DNA of 64,000 bases, taken from NCBI GenBank assembly GCA_964016885.1, contig OZ024760.1, positions 32,364,001 through 32,428,000 of the forward strand. Direction: 5' to 3'. Below are positions 1-13,500 of the stretch, one piece after another (positions within the stretch are counted from its first letter, which is position 1; each line of letters starts with the position of its first letter). The DNA is from Eledone cirrhosa. Taxonomy: Eukaryota. The position numbers and the translations under genes were made by a program. The notes beneath the pieces are model-generated. The model was not told the DNA's origin. It did not search any database and was given only the letters and a program-made list of their open reading frames with translations.

Positions 1-379
1 ATATATACTGGCTTAGTCAACATGGGGACCTCAACAATATATATAAGGCTCCTTAAGTTGCTTGAGATGTAATAATTAAATATAAATCTTCTAAAATGTT
101 ATATGTAGGGATGGTCATGTTAGTATTGCCAATAACAAAAAACACGCGCACCATGTGATACTCACTTTATCTTTATTGTTCGTTTGTCAAAGTTCTTTTG
201 TCACACATTTTGTGACCTCCTCTGGCTATCTGTTTTCTTTTGTGCCTTCTCTTCTTTCTGGTCTTAAACTTCTTCTCCATCTTGTCTTTTGTTATTTCTC
301 AGTCTCTCTCTCTATCTATCTATCTATATATATGCTGTTGGCATCAAACTAGCCAATAACCACTGTCTTTTCACTACAG

Positions 380-448
380 GACCACGCAGCTTCAGTCGAC
401 CTCCTCAAATCGTTACAAGATTTACCTATGACTCTAGATGTCCTCCAG
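380..448 (+). CDS. TCEA1: TFIIS (transcription elongation factor S-II) internal coding exon, N-terminal domain; upstream exon(s) lie outside the window
   Basis: tacag|GAC...CAG|gtaag; translates DHAASVDLLKSLQDLPMTLDVLQ, matching TFIIS domain I (cf. ALDLLKELKNIPMTLELLQ); phase 0/0. Confidence 0.9.
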
Positions 449-690
449 GTAAGACCCTTTCACTCCAGTCTGTTCTAGTGTGTCTTTTGTTAGAAGTATA
501 GCAGTGGAAGGGTTAATATTTTTATATTTATCTAAAAACCTTCCATTATAATTTTATATCAGAACATTTATGTTCCAAGCATAATAAGGAGAAAGTTAGA
601 TGTGTTACGACATGTTTTCAAATTCTTCATTAATTTCAAGATGGGAGTGTCTTTTGTTAGAATTATGGCAGTAGAAGGGTTAATGTTTAA

Positions 691-865
691 CCCTTTAGCA
701 TTTAAACCAGCCATAACTGGCTGCTCATACTGATGTTAAGGTATTGTTCTCAAAATGAATAATATAAAAATCTCACAGATTCGATATTGTGTGAGATAAT
801 TATGAGATAAAGTGTTTACTATGAAAATACCATAGTAAATAAAGAATAATGTAAATACTAAAGGG
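691..865 (+). mobile_element. MITE with CCCTTTAG termini (piggyBac-like TTAA site)
   Basis: ttaa|ccctttagcattt ... aaatactaaaggg|taaa inverted termini; related copy in opposite orientation at 35073-35449. Confidence 0.6.
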
Positions 866-925
866 TAAATATTTATCTAAAAACCTTTCATTATAATTTT
901 ATGTGAATCAATAACAGCACAAATA

Positions 926-1095
926 TATCATCATCGTTAGTCTATTTTTCCATGTTTGCATGGGTTGTGGAGTTATGAGACAAGTCAGGTCTAGAAACCA
1001 TGTCTTGTTCATACAGATCTGTATTTTGGCTTGGTTCCTACTACTGGATGCCTTTCCTAACATCAACCACTTTACAGAGTGGACTGGGTACTTTT
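926..1095 (-). mobile_element. RTE-related SINE/LINE 3' fragment with (CAT)n tail
   Basis: catcatcgtt...ttccatgtttgcatgggttg...ggatgcctttcctaacatcaaccactttacagagtggactggg; related pieces at ~2213-2315 (-), 37104-37167 (+), 42590-42797 (+). Confidence 0.6.
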
Positions 1096-1233
1096 TGTCC
1101 TGACACCTACATGACCACTTTACAGTGTGGACTGGGTACTTTTTGTCCTGACACCTACATGACCACTTTACAGTGTGGACTGGGTACTTTTTGTCCTGAC
1201 ACCTACATGACCACTTTACAGTGTGGACTGGGT
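1066..1233. repeat. 48-bp minisatellite, ~3.5 copies
   Basis: Unit accactttacagtgtggactgggtactttttgtcctgacacctacatg; grows out of the adjacent retroelement fragment. Confidence 0.9.
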
Positions 1234-1295
1234 GTTTTTTGTTGTCACCATGATCACCTTACAGGATGTGTATATATAGTAATGTTGTTCTTCAG

Positions 1296-1422
1296 AAAAC
1301 CAGAATAGGTATGACAGTCAACAACTTCCGTAAGTCCAGTAATGCAGACGAGGTGATCAGTTTGTCAAAGGCACTGATTAAAAGTTGGAAGAAACTTTTA
1401 CCAGGAGAAAGCACAAATTCCA
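1296..1422 (+). CDS. TCEA1: TFIIS coding exon (domain I, LW motif)
   Basis: ttcag|AAA...TCCA|gtgagt; [42 protein letters not shown], the TRIG...KSWKKLL TFIIS-N motif; phase 0/1. Confidence 0.95.
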
Positions 1423-1638
1423 GTGAGTACTGTTGTTGTTGTTGTCATTGTTGTTAGTGTTGTGAGTGTTGTGATCTTCTGTTATTGTTGTTAATTTGTT
1501 GTTAATATTGTTGTTATTCATATTTCTAGTGTTGTGATCCACTCAACTTTGTTGTCAGTGTTATGATCTGTTGTTAGTGTTGTGATCTGTTGTATTATTT
1601 CCACACATTATAAAAGTTTTCCTGTTCTTCCTCTTCAG

Positions 1639-1857
1639 AATCCTCTTCTTCCTCCTCGTCACAGTCATCGGGTAAAAGTAACAATGTCAGTAAAATAGAC
1701 GAGTCTTCACATGACAGCACTGACAGTAATTCCCACGATGTCAAGAAACAAGAAGGTGACACAAAGGGAGCCCAGGCAGGCAGTAAACTGACTGACACAA
1801 GTGATCCCATACGCCTGAAATGTCGCGAGCTCCTCTGTAATGCTTTAAAAGTAGACA
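1639..1857 (+). CDS. TCEA1: TFIIS coding exon (Ser-rich linker and start of domain II)
   Basis: cttcag|AA...GACA|gtgagt; 219 nt, phase 1/1; ends TDTSDPIRLKCRELLCNALKVD (cf. TSDSVRLKCREMLAAAL). Confidence 0.92.
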
Positions 1858-1879
1858 GTGAGTATCTCACTCTTGTATG

Positions 1880-2128
1880 TATTTATTATACCACCTTAGT
1901 CTCACCTGAGACTCTGGTATATTATTATTGTATCACCTTAGTCTCACCTGAGACTCTGGTATATTATTATTATATCAACTTAGTCTCACCTGAGACTCTG
2001 GTATATTATTATATCAACTTCACCCTCATCTCACCTGAGTCACCTCTTGGTATATTTTTATTGTAACACCTTCACCTCATCTCACCTGAGACGCTGGTAT
2101 ATTATTATTGTAACACCTTCACCCTCGT
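1880..2128. repeat. ~39-bp minisatellite with internal hairpin
   Basis: Unit attattataccaccttagtctcacctgagactctggtat, ~5-6 degenerating copies; AGTCTCA/TGAGACT inverted arms. Confidence 0.85.
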
Positions 2129-2625
2129 CATATCAATTTATGTGAAACTACTCCAGGCTCTACAATATAAAACTGTCAGTTTTAAATCAGTTATATTTCA
2201 TCTAAAAACTATCGTCATCATCATCTTTACATTGACCTTTCTATGCTGGCATGGGTTGGATGTGGGTTTTTTAGGCAGTTTTGCAGCAGGATTCCTTTCC
2301 TAACACCAATCCTTTTAGTCACATCATATGAGGATTCAGTGTACCTATTCTATAAATAGTTATAAGTACAAAGGGTACACTGTAGCTATTCTAAACTAGA
2401 TATACATAGCTATAATATAAGGTTCTTCTCAACCCTTTGTTTGGCAGGCTCTCCATGACTGAAGCCATAGTAAATACATTGAATTCTTCAATTTCAAATA
2501 TAAATACAAACAAATCTGTCAAATATGCAACAAATTTTCATCTTCCACTGTTAATGTCCTCCTGTTTCTTCCAGCACTGCTACTACAAAAGTGTCTGCTC
2601 CATTAATTAATTCTTCTCTTTCCAG

Positions 2626-2679
2626 ATCCTCCAATTGGACCGAAACCTCCTCAAGAAATTGCTTCAGAAATAGAAGATT
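2626..2679 (+). CDS. TCEA1: TFIIS coding exon (domain II) ending at a U12-type donor
   Basis: ttccag|AT CCT...GAA GAT T|atatccttg; NPPIGPKPPQEIASEIED; 54 nt, phase 1/1. Confidence 0.9.
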
Positions 2680-3164
2680 ATATCCTTGATGTTGAACCAT
2701 TTCTCAACTGAGAGAACATGGAACAACTTCTTAAACTGTTCTGTTTCTTCCACTCTATCTGTATGTATGGACCTGTGATTTGTGGTGGTATATAGTGTGT
2801 CTTGGGTATTTGAAAATTATATTTATATATCTACCACTATCTATATATATGGAGCTGTGGTGGTATATGGCCTGTCTTGAGTATTTTACAAATACTAGGA
2901 TTGTTTCAACACACTGTCACATATGTATGAGTATATAAATATAAATGCGTAATCACAGACACAAAAATACACGCTCACAGACATACATTTACACACATAC
3001 ACATGCACTCACACAGCATAACAAATGGAACGCCAGCCTCTGTTTTGTTATAGTTTTTTCACCATCCCCTTCCTTCCTTTTATACACACAAACACACACA
3101 CACACACACACACACATTGTGTGATGGATAAATGGAAGTTGCTCAAATTTCTATAGATATATAT

Positions 3165-3345
3165 ATATCTGCCAGAAGCCATCCCTCTCCAAGTTTGACA
3201 TCTTCCAGAGAGGGAGAATCTCCCCCCAGTATTGGATAAGTATTTTCGTATCAACCTGCAAAGGATGAGAGGCAAAGTTGACCTGAGAAGGATTTGAGTT
3301 CAGAAGACAAAGAGTGGAAACACATACTGCAAGGTATTCTACCAA
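3165..3345 (-). mobile_element. Old diverged tRNA-derived SINE
   Basis: aaaggatgagaggcaaagttgacc...ggatttgagttcag, homologous to the SINE core at 37420-37470. Confidence 0.55.
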
Positions 3346-3579
3346 ACCTTCTAATGACTCTGTCAGTTCACCATCTCTCAGTCTACTGATGTACCAATAT
3401 CAACAATGGTAGCACCGGTGGTTTATTTTGTAACTGTAGACTACATTCTCCCTCTCTTACATAACGAGCTGGTAATCACTGATAAAACTAAGCAGATTTG
3501 GTTTTTCTCTGTTCTGCACAGAAAAAGCCCTTTATTTAAGTGTGAGATCTATCTGCACAGCATGACTGTATGTGTTTGT

Positions 3580-4203
3580 ATGTATCATCTCATCTGTTAT
3601 CTGCCAGATCTGTTAATATCATCTGTTCCAACACATCTCTGTATCATCTCATCTGTTCCACCACATCTCTAAATCATGTCATCTGTCAATGTCCACCTCA
3701 TCTGTATATCATGTCATCTGTCAATATCCACCACATCTGTATATCATGTCATCTGTCAATGTCCACCACATCTCTGTATCATGTTATCTGTCAATGTCCA
3801 CCACATCTCTGTATCATGTCATCTGTCAATTTCCACCACATCTGTATCTAATGTCATCTGTCAATGTCCACCACATCTGTATATCATGTCATCTGTCAAT
3901 GTCCACCACATCTGTATATCATGTTATCTGTCAATGTCCACCACATCTCTGTATCATGTCATCTGTCAATGTCCATCTCATCTCTGTATCATGTCATCTG
4001 TCAGTGTCCGCCTCATCTCTGTATATCATGTCATCTGTCAGTGTCCGCCTCATCTCTGTATCATGTCATCTGTCAGTGTCCGCCTCATCTGTATATCATG
4101 TCTTCTGTCAATGTCCACCTCATCTGTACATCATGTCATCTGTCAATGTCCACCACATCTCTGTATCGTGTCATCTGTCAATGTCCACCTCATCTCTGTA
4201 TCA
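3580..4203. repeat. ~35-bp minisatellite inside the U12 intron
   Basis: Unit atcatgtcatctgtcaatgtccaccacatct(ct)gtat, ~17 copies; ends ~35 nt before the U12 branch point. Confidence 0.92.
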
Positions 4204-4254
4204 GTCTTACAGTGTCTTTACTAAGTCCACAAATGATTTCTTAACCGAACGCAA

Positions 4255-4409
4255 CTATCTTTCAAGAATTCCGAAACACCGACATGAAATACAAGAATCG
4301 TATCCGAAGTCGTGTAGCCAACTTGAAGGATCCAAAGAACCCTCAGCTGCGGGAGAGCGTACTGCAGGGGATCATTGATCCTTGTCGAATGGCTGGAATG
4401 ACCGCTGAG
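4255..4409 (+). CDS. TCEA1: TFIIS coding exon (domain II)
   Basis: (S)[51 protein letters not shown]|gtaag; hallmark [18 protein letters not shown] motif. Confidence 0.95.
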
Positions 4410-4533
4410 GTAAGCGCACCATTTCTTCTCATTTCTTAACTGTCGAATGGCTGGAATAAGGTATCTACACCACTCCTCTTCTCTTCATTTATTCCTTCCT
4501 GGTTTTTATATCTACCTTCCTCTCCCGACCCTT

Positions 4534-7500
4534 GTACTACCACATTAGGGGGAGCTAGCTGTAATTGTGGAACCAGTACTGCCACATTAGAGGGAGCTAG
4601 CTGTAGTTGTAGAACCAGTACTGCCACATTAGAGGGAGCTAGCTGTAGTTGTGGAACCAGTACTGCCACATTAGAGGGAGCTAGCTGTAATTGTGGGACA
4701 ACTACTGCCACATTAGAGGGAGCTAGCTGTAGTTGTGGTACCAGTACTGCCACATTAGAGGGAACTAACTGTAATTGTGGAACCAGTACTGCCACATTAG
4801 AGGGAGCTAGCTGTAATTGTGGTACCAGTACTGGCACATTAGAGGGAGCTAGCTGTAATTGTGGCACCAGTACTACCACATTAGAGGGAGCTAGCTGTAA
4901 TTGTGGTACCAGTACTGCCACATTAGAGGGAGTTAGCTGTAATTGTGGAACCAGTACTGTCACATTAGAGGGAGCTAGCTGTAATTGTGGAACCAGTACT
5001 GTCACATTAGAGGGAGCTAGCTGTAGTTGTGGAACCAGTACTGCCACAGAGGGAGCTAGCTGTAGTTGTGGAACCAGTACTCCCACATTAGGGGCAGCTA
5101 GCTGTAATTGTGGAACCAGTACTGTCACATTGGGGGGAGCTAGCTGTAATTGTGGAACCAGTACTGCCACAGAGGGAGCTAGCTGTAATTGTGGAACCAG
5201 TACTGCCACATTAGAGGGAGTTAGCTGTAGTGTGGAACCAGTACTTCCACATTGGAGGGAGCTAGCTGTAGTTGTGGAACCAGTACTGCCACATTAGAGG
5301 GAGCTAGCTATAATTGTGGGACGAGTACTGCCACATTAGAGGGAGCTAGCTGTAGTTGTGGAACCAGTACTGCCACATTAGAGGGAGCTAGCTGTAGTTG
5401 TGGAACCAGTACTTCCACATTAGAGGGAGCTAGCTGTAGTTGTGGAACCAGTCCTGCCACATTAGGGGGAGCTTGCTGTAGTTGTGGAACCAGTACTTCC
5501 ACATTAGAGGGAGCTAGCTGTAGTTGTGGAACCAGTACTGCCACATTAGAGGGAGCTAGCTGTAATTGTGGAACCAGTACTGCCACATTAGGGGGAGCTA
5601 GCTGTAGTTGTGGAACCAGTACTGCCACATTAGAGGGAGCTAGCTGTAATTGTGGAACCAGTACTGCCACATTAGGGGGAGCTAGCTGTAGTTGTGGAAC
5701 CAGTACTGCCACATTAGAGGGAGCTAGCTGTAATTGTGGAACCAGTACTGCCACATTAGAGGGAGCTAGCTGTAGTTGTGGAACCAGTACTCCCACATTA
5801 GGGGGAGCTAGCTGTAATTGTGGAACCAGTACTGCCACATTAGAGGAAGCTAGCTGTAGTTGTGGAACCAGTACTGCCACATTAGAGGGAGTTAGCTGTA
5901 GTGTGGAAACAGTACTTCCACATCAGAGGGAGCTAGCTGTAGTTGTGGAAACAGTAATCCCACATTAGAGGGAGCTAGCTGTAATTGTGACACCAGTACT
6001 GCCACATTAGGGGGAGCTAGCTGTAGTTGTGGAACCAGTAATCCCACATTAGAGGGAGCTAGCTGTAATTGTGGAACCAGTACTGCCACATTAGAGGGAG
6101 CTAGCTGTAATTGTGGAACCAGTACTGCTACATTAGAGGCAGCCAGCTGTAATTGTGGAACCAGTACTGCCACATTAGAGGGAGCTAGCTGTAATTGTGG
6201 AACCAGTACTGCCACATTAGAGGCAGCCAGCTGTAGTTGTGGAACCAGTACTGCCACATTTGAGGGAGCTACCTGTAGTTGTGGTACCAGTACTACCACA
6301 TTAGAGGGAACTAGCTGTAATTGTGGCACCAGTACTGTCACATTAGAGGGAGCTAGCTGTAATTGTGGAACCAGTACTGTCACATTAGAGGGAGCTAGCT
6401 GTAATTGTGGAACCAGTACTGCCACATTAGAGGGAGCTAGCTGTAGTTGTGGAACCAGTACTGCCACAGAGGGAGCTAGCTGTAATTGTGGAACCAGTAC
6501 TCCCTCATTAGGGGGAGCTAGCTGTAATTGTGGAACCAGTACTGCCACAGAGGGAGCTAGCTGTAATTGTGGAACCAGTACTGCCACATTAGAGGGAGCT
6601 AGCTGTAGTTGTGGAACCAGTACTGCCACAGAGGGAGCTAGCTGTAATTGTGGAACCAGTACTCCCTCATTAGGGGGAGCTAGCTGTAATTGTGGAACCA
6701 GTACTGTCACATTAGGGGGAGCTAGCTGTAATTGTGGAACCAGTACTGCCACAGAGGGAGCTAGCTGTAATTGTGGAACCAGTACTGCCACATTAGAGGG
6801 AGTTAGCTGTAATTGTGGAACCAGTACTGCCACATTAGAGGGAGCTAGCTGTAATTGTGGTACCAGTACTGCCACATTAGAGGGAGCTAGCTGTAATTGT
6901 GGCACCAGTACTACCACATTAGAGGGAGCTAGCTGTAATTGTGGAACCAGTACTGTCACATTAGAGGGAGCTAGCTGTAGTTGTGGAACCAGTACTGCCA
7001 CAGAGGGAGCTAGCTGTAATTGTGGAACCAGTACTCCCTCATTAGGGGGAGCTAGCTGTAATTGTGGAACCAGTACTGTCACATTAGGGGGAGCTAGCTG
7101 TAATTGTGGAACCAGTACTGCCACAGAGGGAGCTAGCTGTAATTGTGGAACCAGTACTGCCACATTAGAGGGAGTTAGCTGTAGTGTGGAACCAGTACTT
7201 CCACATTAGAGGGAGCTAGCTGTAATTGTGGAACCAGTACTGCCACATTGGAGGGAGCTAGCTGTAGTTGTGGAACCAGTACTGCCACATTAGGGGGAGC
7301 TAGCTGTAGTTGTGGAACCAGTACTGCCACATTAGAGGGAGCTAGCTGTAATTGTGGAACCAGTACTGCCACATTAGAGGGAGCTAGCTGTAGTTGTGGA
7401 ACCAGTACTGCCACATTAGAGGGAGCTAGCTGTAATTGTGGAACCAGTACTGCCACATTAGGGGGAGCTAGCTGTAGTTGTGGAACCAGTACTGCCACAT

Positions 7501-10500
7501 TAGGGGGAGCTAGCTGTAGTTGTGGAACCAGTAATCCCACATTAGAGGGAGCTAGCTGTAATTGTGGAACCAGTACTGCCACATTAGAGGGAGCTAGCTG
7601 TAATTGTGGAACCAGTACTGCCACATTAGAGGCAGCCAGCTGTAGTTGTGGAACCAGTACTGCCACATTAGAGGGAGCTAGCTGTAATTGTGGAACCAGT
7701 ACTGTCACATTAGAGGGAGCTAGCTGTAGTTGTGGAACCAGTACTGCCACATTAGAGGGAGCTAGCTGTAGTTGTGGAACCAGTACTGCCACATTAGAGG
7801 GAGCTAGCTGTAGTTGTGGAACCAGTACTGCCACATTAGAGGGAGCTAGCTGTAATTGTTCAACCAGTACTGACACATTAGAGGCAGCCAGCTGTAGTTG
7901 TGGAACCAGTACTGCCACATTAGAGGGAGCTAGCTGTAAATGTGGAACCAGTACTGCCACATTAGAGGGAGCTAGCTGTAATTGTGGAACCAGTACTGCC
8001 ACATTAGAGGGAGTAAGCTGTAGTTGTGGTACCAGTACTGCCACATTAGAGGGAACTAACTGTAATTGTGAAACCAGTACTGCCACATTAGAGGGAGCTA
8101 GCTGTAATTGTGGTACCAGTACTGCCACATTAGAGGGAGCTAGCTGTAATTGTGGCACCAGTACTACCACATTAGAGGGAGCTAGCTGTAATTGTAGTAC
8201 CAGTACTGCCACATTAGAGGGAGTTAGCTGTAATTGTGGAACCAGTACTGTCACATTAGAGGGAGCTAGCTGTAATTGTGGAACCAGTACTGTCACATTA
8301 GAGGGAGCTAGCTGTAGTTGTGGAACCAGTACTGCCACAGAGGGAGCTAGCTATAGTTGTGGAACCAGTACTGCCACATTAGAGGGAGTTAGCTGTAGTG
8401 TGGAACCAGTACTTCCACATTGGAGGGAGCTAGCTGTAGTTGTGGAACCAGTACTGCCACATTAGAGGGAGCTAGCTATAATTGTGGAACCAGTACTGTC
8501 ACATTAGGGGGAGCTAGCTGTAATTGTGGAACTAGTACTTCCACATTAGAGGGAGCTAGCTGTAGTTGTGGAACCAGTCCTGCCACATTAGGGGGAGCTA
8601 GCTGTAGTTGTGGAACCAGTACTTCCACATTAGAGGGAGCTAGCTGTAGTTGTGGAACCAGTACTGCCACATTAGAGGGAGCTAGCTGTAGTTGTGGAAC
8701 CAGTACTGCCACATTAGAGGGAGCTAGCTGTAATTGTGGAACCAGTACTGCCACATTAGAGGGAGCTAGCTGTAGTTGTGGAACCAGTACTCCCACATTA
8801 GGGGGAGCTAGCTGTAATTGTGGAACCAGTACTGCCACATTAGAGGAAGCTAGCTGTAGTTGTGGAACCAGTACTGCCACATTAGAGGGAGCTCGCTGTA
8901 ATTGTGACACCAGTACTGCCACATTAGAGGGAGCTAACTGTAATTGTGGAGCCAGTACTGCCACATTAGAGGGAGCTAGCTGTAATTGTGGAACCAGTAC
9001 TGCCACATTAGGGGGAGCTAGCTGTAGTTGTGGCACCAGTACTTCCACATTAGAGGGAGCTAGCTGTAATTGTGGTACCAGTACTGCCACATTAGGGGGA
9101 GCTAGCTGTAATTGTGGTACCAGTACTGCCACATTAGGGGGAGCTAGCTGTAGTTGTGGGACGAGTACTGCCACATTAGAGGGAGCTAGCTGTAATTGTG
9201 GTACCAGTACTGCCACATTAGGGGGAGCTAGCTGTAGTTGTGGGACGAGTACTGCCACATTAGAGGGAGCTAGCTGTAGTTGTGGAACCAGTACTGCCAC
9301 ATCAGAGGGAGCTAGCTGTAGTTGTGGAACCAGTACTGCCACATTAGAGGGAGCTAGCTGTAGTTGTGGAACCAGTACTGCCACATTAGAGGGAGCTAGC
9401 TGTAGTTGTGGAACCAGTACTGCCACATTAGAGGGAGCTAGCTGTAATTGTGGAACCAGTACTGCCACATTAGAGGGAGCTAGCTATAATTGTGGAACCA
9501 GTACTGCCACATTAGAGGGAGCTAGCTGTAGTTTTGGAACCAGTACTGCCACATTAGAGGGAGCCAGCTGTAGTTGTGGGACGAGTACTGCCACATTAGA
9601 GGGAGCTAACTGTAATTGTGGAACCAGTACTGCCACATTAGAGGGAGCTAGCTGTAGTTGTGGAGCCAGTACTGCCACATTAGAGGGAGCTAGCTGTAAT
9701 TGTGGAACCAGTACTGCCACATTAGAGGGAGCTAGCTGTAGTTATGGGGCCAGTACTGCCACATTAGAGGGAGCTAGCTGTAGTTGTGGAACCAGTACTG
9801 CCACATTAGAGGGAGCTAGCTGTAGTTTTGGAACCAGTACTGCCACATTAGAGGGAGCTAGCTGTAATTGTGGAACCAGTACTGCCACATTAGAGGGAGC
9901 TAGCTATAATTGTGGAACCAGTACTGCCACATTAGAGGGAGCTAGCTGTAGTTTTGGAACCAGTACTGCCACATTAGAGGGAGCCAGCTGTAGTTGTGGG
10001 ACGAGTACTGCCACATTAGAGGGAGCTAACTGTAATTGTGGAACCAGTACTGCCACATTAGAGGGAGCTAGCTGTAGTTGTGGAACCAGTACTCCCACAT
10101 TAGAGGGAGCTAGCTGTAGTTTTGGAACCAGTACTGCCACATTAGAGGGAGCTAGCTGTAATTGTGGAACCAGTACTGCCACATTAGAGGGAGCTAGCTG
10201 TAATTGTGGTACCAGTACTGGCACATTAGAGGGAGCTAGCTGTAATTGTGGCACCAGTACTACCACATTAGAGGGAGCTAGCTGTAGTTGTGGGACGAGT
10301 ACTGCCACATTAGAGGGAGCTAACTGTAATTGTGGAACCAGTACTGCCACATTAGAGGGAGCTAGCTGTAGTTGTGGAACCAGTACTGCCACATTAGAAG
10401 GAGCTAGCTATAATTGTGGAACCAGTACTGCCACATTAGAGGGAGCTAGCTGTAGTTTTGGAACCAGTACTGCCACATTAGAGGGAGCCAGCTGTAGTTG

Positions 10501-13500
10501 TGGGACGAGTACTGCCACATTAGAGGGAGCTAACTGTAATTGTGGAACCAGTACTGCCACATTAGAGGGAGCTAGCTGTAGTTGTGGAACCAGTACTGCC
10601 ACATTAGAGGGAGCTAGCTATAATTGTGAAACCAGTACTGCCACATTAGAGGGAGCTAGCTGTAATTGTGGCACCAGTACTGCCACATTAGAGGGAGCTA
10701 GCTGTAATTGTGGAACCAGTACTGCCACATTAGGGGGAGCTAGCTGTAATTGTGGAACCAGTACTGCCACATTAGAGGGAGCTAGCTGTAGTTGTGGAAC
10801 CAGTACTGCCACATTAGAGGGAGCTAGCTGTAATTGTGGAACCAGTACTGCCACATTAGAGGGAGCTAGCTGTAGTTGTGGAACCAGTACTGCCACATTA
10901 GAGGGAGCTAGCTGTAGTTGTGGAACCAGTACTGCCACATTAGAGGGAGCTAGCTGTAATTGTGGCCCCAGTACTGCCACATTAGGGGGAGCTAGCTGTA
11001 ATTGTGGAACCAGTACTGCCACATTAGAGGGAGTTAGCTGTAATTGTGGAACCAGTACTGCCACATTAGGGGGAGCTAGCTGTAATTGTGGAACCAGTAC
11101 TGCCACATTAGAGGGAGTTAGCTGTAATTGTGGAACCAGTACTGCCACATTAGGGGGAGTTAGCTGTAATTGTGGAACCAGTACTGCCACATTAGAGGGA
11201 GCTAGCTGTAATTGTGGAACCAGTACTTCCACATCAGAGGGAGCTAGCTGTAATTGTGGCCCCAGTACTGCCACATTAGGGGGAGCTAGCTGTAGTTGTG
11301 GAACCAGTACTGCCACATTAGAGGGAGTTAGCTGTAGTGTGGAACCAGTACTGCCACATTAGAGGGAGCTCACTGTAGTTGTGGAACCAGTACTGCCACA
11401 TTAGAGGGAGCCAGCTGTAGTTGTGGAACCAGTACTGTCACATTAGAGGGAGCTAGCTGTAGTTGTGGAACCAGTACTGCCACATTAGAGGGAGCTAGCT
11501 GTAGTTGTGGAACCAGTACTGCCACATTAGAGGGAGCCAGCTGTAGTTGTGGAGCCAGTACTGCCACATTAGAGGGAGCTAGCTGTAGTTGTGGAACCAG
11601 TACTCCCACATTAGAGGGAGCTAGCTGTAGTTGTGGAACCAGTACTTCCACATTAGAGGGAGCTAGCTGTAGTTGTGGAACCAGTACTGCCACATTAGAG
11701 GGAGCTAGCTGTAGTTGTGGAACCATCACTTCCACATTAGAGGGAGCTAACTGTAATTGTGGAACCAGTACTGTCACATTAGAGGGAGCTAGCTGTAGTT
11801 GTGGAACCAGTACTGCCACATTAGGGGGAGCTAGCTGTAATTGTGGAACCAGTACTGCCACATTAGAGGGAACTAGCTGTAGTGTGGAACCAGTACTGCC
11901 ACATCAGAGGGAGCTAGCTGTAGTTGTGGAACCAGTACTGCCACATTAGAGGGAGCTAGCTGTAATTGTGGAACCAGTACTTCCACATCAGAGGGAGCTA
12001 GCTGTAATTGTGGCCCCAGTACTGCCACATTAGGGGGAGCTAGCTGTAGTTGTGGAACCAATACTTCCACATTAGAGGGAGCTAGCTGTAGTTGTGGAAC
12101 CAGTACTGTCACATTAGAGGGAGCTAGCTGTAATTGTGGCCCCAGTACTGCCACATTAGGGGGAGCTAGCTGTAATTGTGGAACCAGTACTGCCACATTA
12201 GAGGGAGCTAACTGTAATTGTGGAACCAGTACTGCCACATTAGAGGGAGCTAGCTGTAGTTGTGGAACCAGTACTGCCACATTAGGGGGAGCTAGCTGTA
12301 ATTGTGGAACCAGTACTGCCACATTAGAGGGAACTAGCTGTAGTGTGGAACCAGTACTGCCACATCAGAGGGAGCTCGCTGTAGTTGTGGAACCAGTACT
12401 GCCACATTAGAGGGAGCTAGCTGTAATTGTGGAACCAGTACTTCCACATCAGAGGGAGCTAGCTGTAATTGTGGCCCCAGTACTGCCACATTAGGGGGAG
12501 CTAGCTGTAGTTGTGGAACCAATACTTCCACATTAGAGGGAGCTAGCTGTAGTTGTGGAACCAGTACTGTCACATTAGAGGGAGCTAGCTGTAGTTGTGA
12601 CACCAGTTGTTCCACATTATAGGGAGCTAGCTGTAATTGTGGAACCAGTACTTCCACATTAGAGGGAGTTAGCTGTAATTGTGGAACCAGTACTGTCACA
12701 TTAGAGGGAGCTAGCTGTAATTGTGGAACCAGTACTGCCACATTAGAGGGAGCTAGCTGTAGTTGTGGAACCAGTACTGCCACATTAGAGGGAGCTAGCT
12801 GTAGTTGTGGAACCAGTACTGCCACATTAGAGGGAGCTATCTGTAGTTGTTGAACCAGTACTGCCACATTAGGGGGAGCTAGCTGTAGTTGTGGAACCAG
12901 TACTTCCACATTAGAGGAAGCTAGCTGTAGTTGTGGAACCAGTACTGCCACATTAGAGGGAGCTAGCTGTAGTTGTGGAACCAGTACTGCCACATTAGAG
13001 GGAGCTAGCTGTAATTGTGGAACCAGTACTTCCACAGAGGGAGCTAGCTGTAATTGTGGAACCAGTACTGCCACATTAGGGGGAGCTAGCTGTAGTTGTG
13101 GAACCAGTACTTCCACATTAGAGGGAGCTAGCTGTAGTTGTGGAACCAGTACTGTCACATTAGAGGGAGTTAGCTGTAATTGTGGAACCAGTACTGCCAC
13201 ATTAAGGGGAGCTAGCTGTAGTTGTGGAACCAGTACTGCCACATTAGAGGGCGCTAGCTGTAGTTGTGGAACCAGTACTTCCACATTAGAGGGAGCTAGC
13301 TGTAGTTGTTGAACCAGTACTGTCACATTAGAGGGAGCTAGCTGTAATTGTGGAACCAGTACTGCCACATTAGAGGGAGCTAGCTGTAATTGTGGAACCA
13401 GTACTGCCACATTAGAGGGAGCTAGCTGTAGTTGTGGAACCAGTACTGCCACATCAGAGGGAGCTAGCTGTAATTGTGGAACCAGTACTGCCACAGAGGG

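Larger units (their letters stand above)
2680..4254 (+). other. U12-type (minor spliceosome) intron with apparent AT-AA termini
   Basis: Donor ATATCCTTG at 2680; branch point TTTCTTAAC at 4237-4245; frame and TFIIS homology (IED-S-IFQE) require the exon to resume at 4255, after ...gcAA. Confidence 0.8.

Noticed and set aside
1595-1870. Minus-strand acidic ORF
   Set aside because: Antisense shadow of the Ser-rich TFIIS exon.
3570-4244. Cys/His-rich ORFs (HVICQCPPHL) resembling zinc fingers
   Set aside because: A 35-bp minisatellite read in three frames; only 4255-4409 is a real exon.
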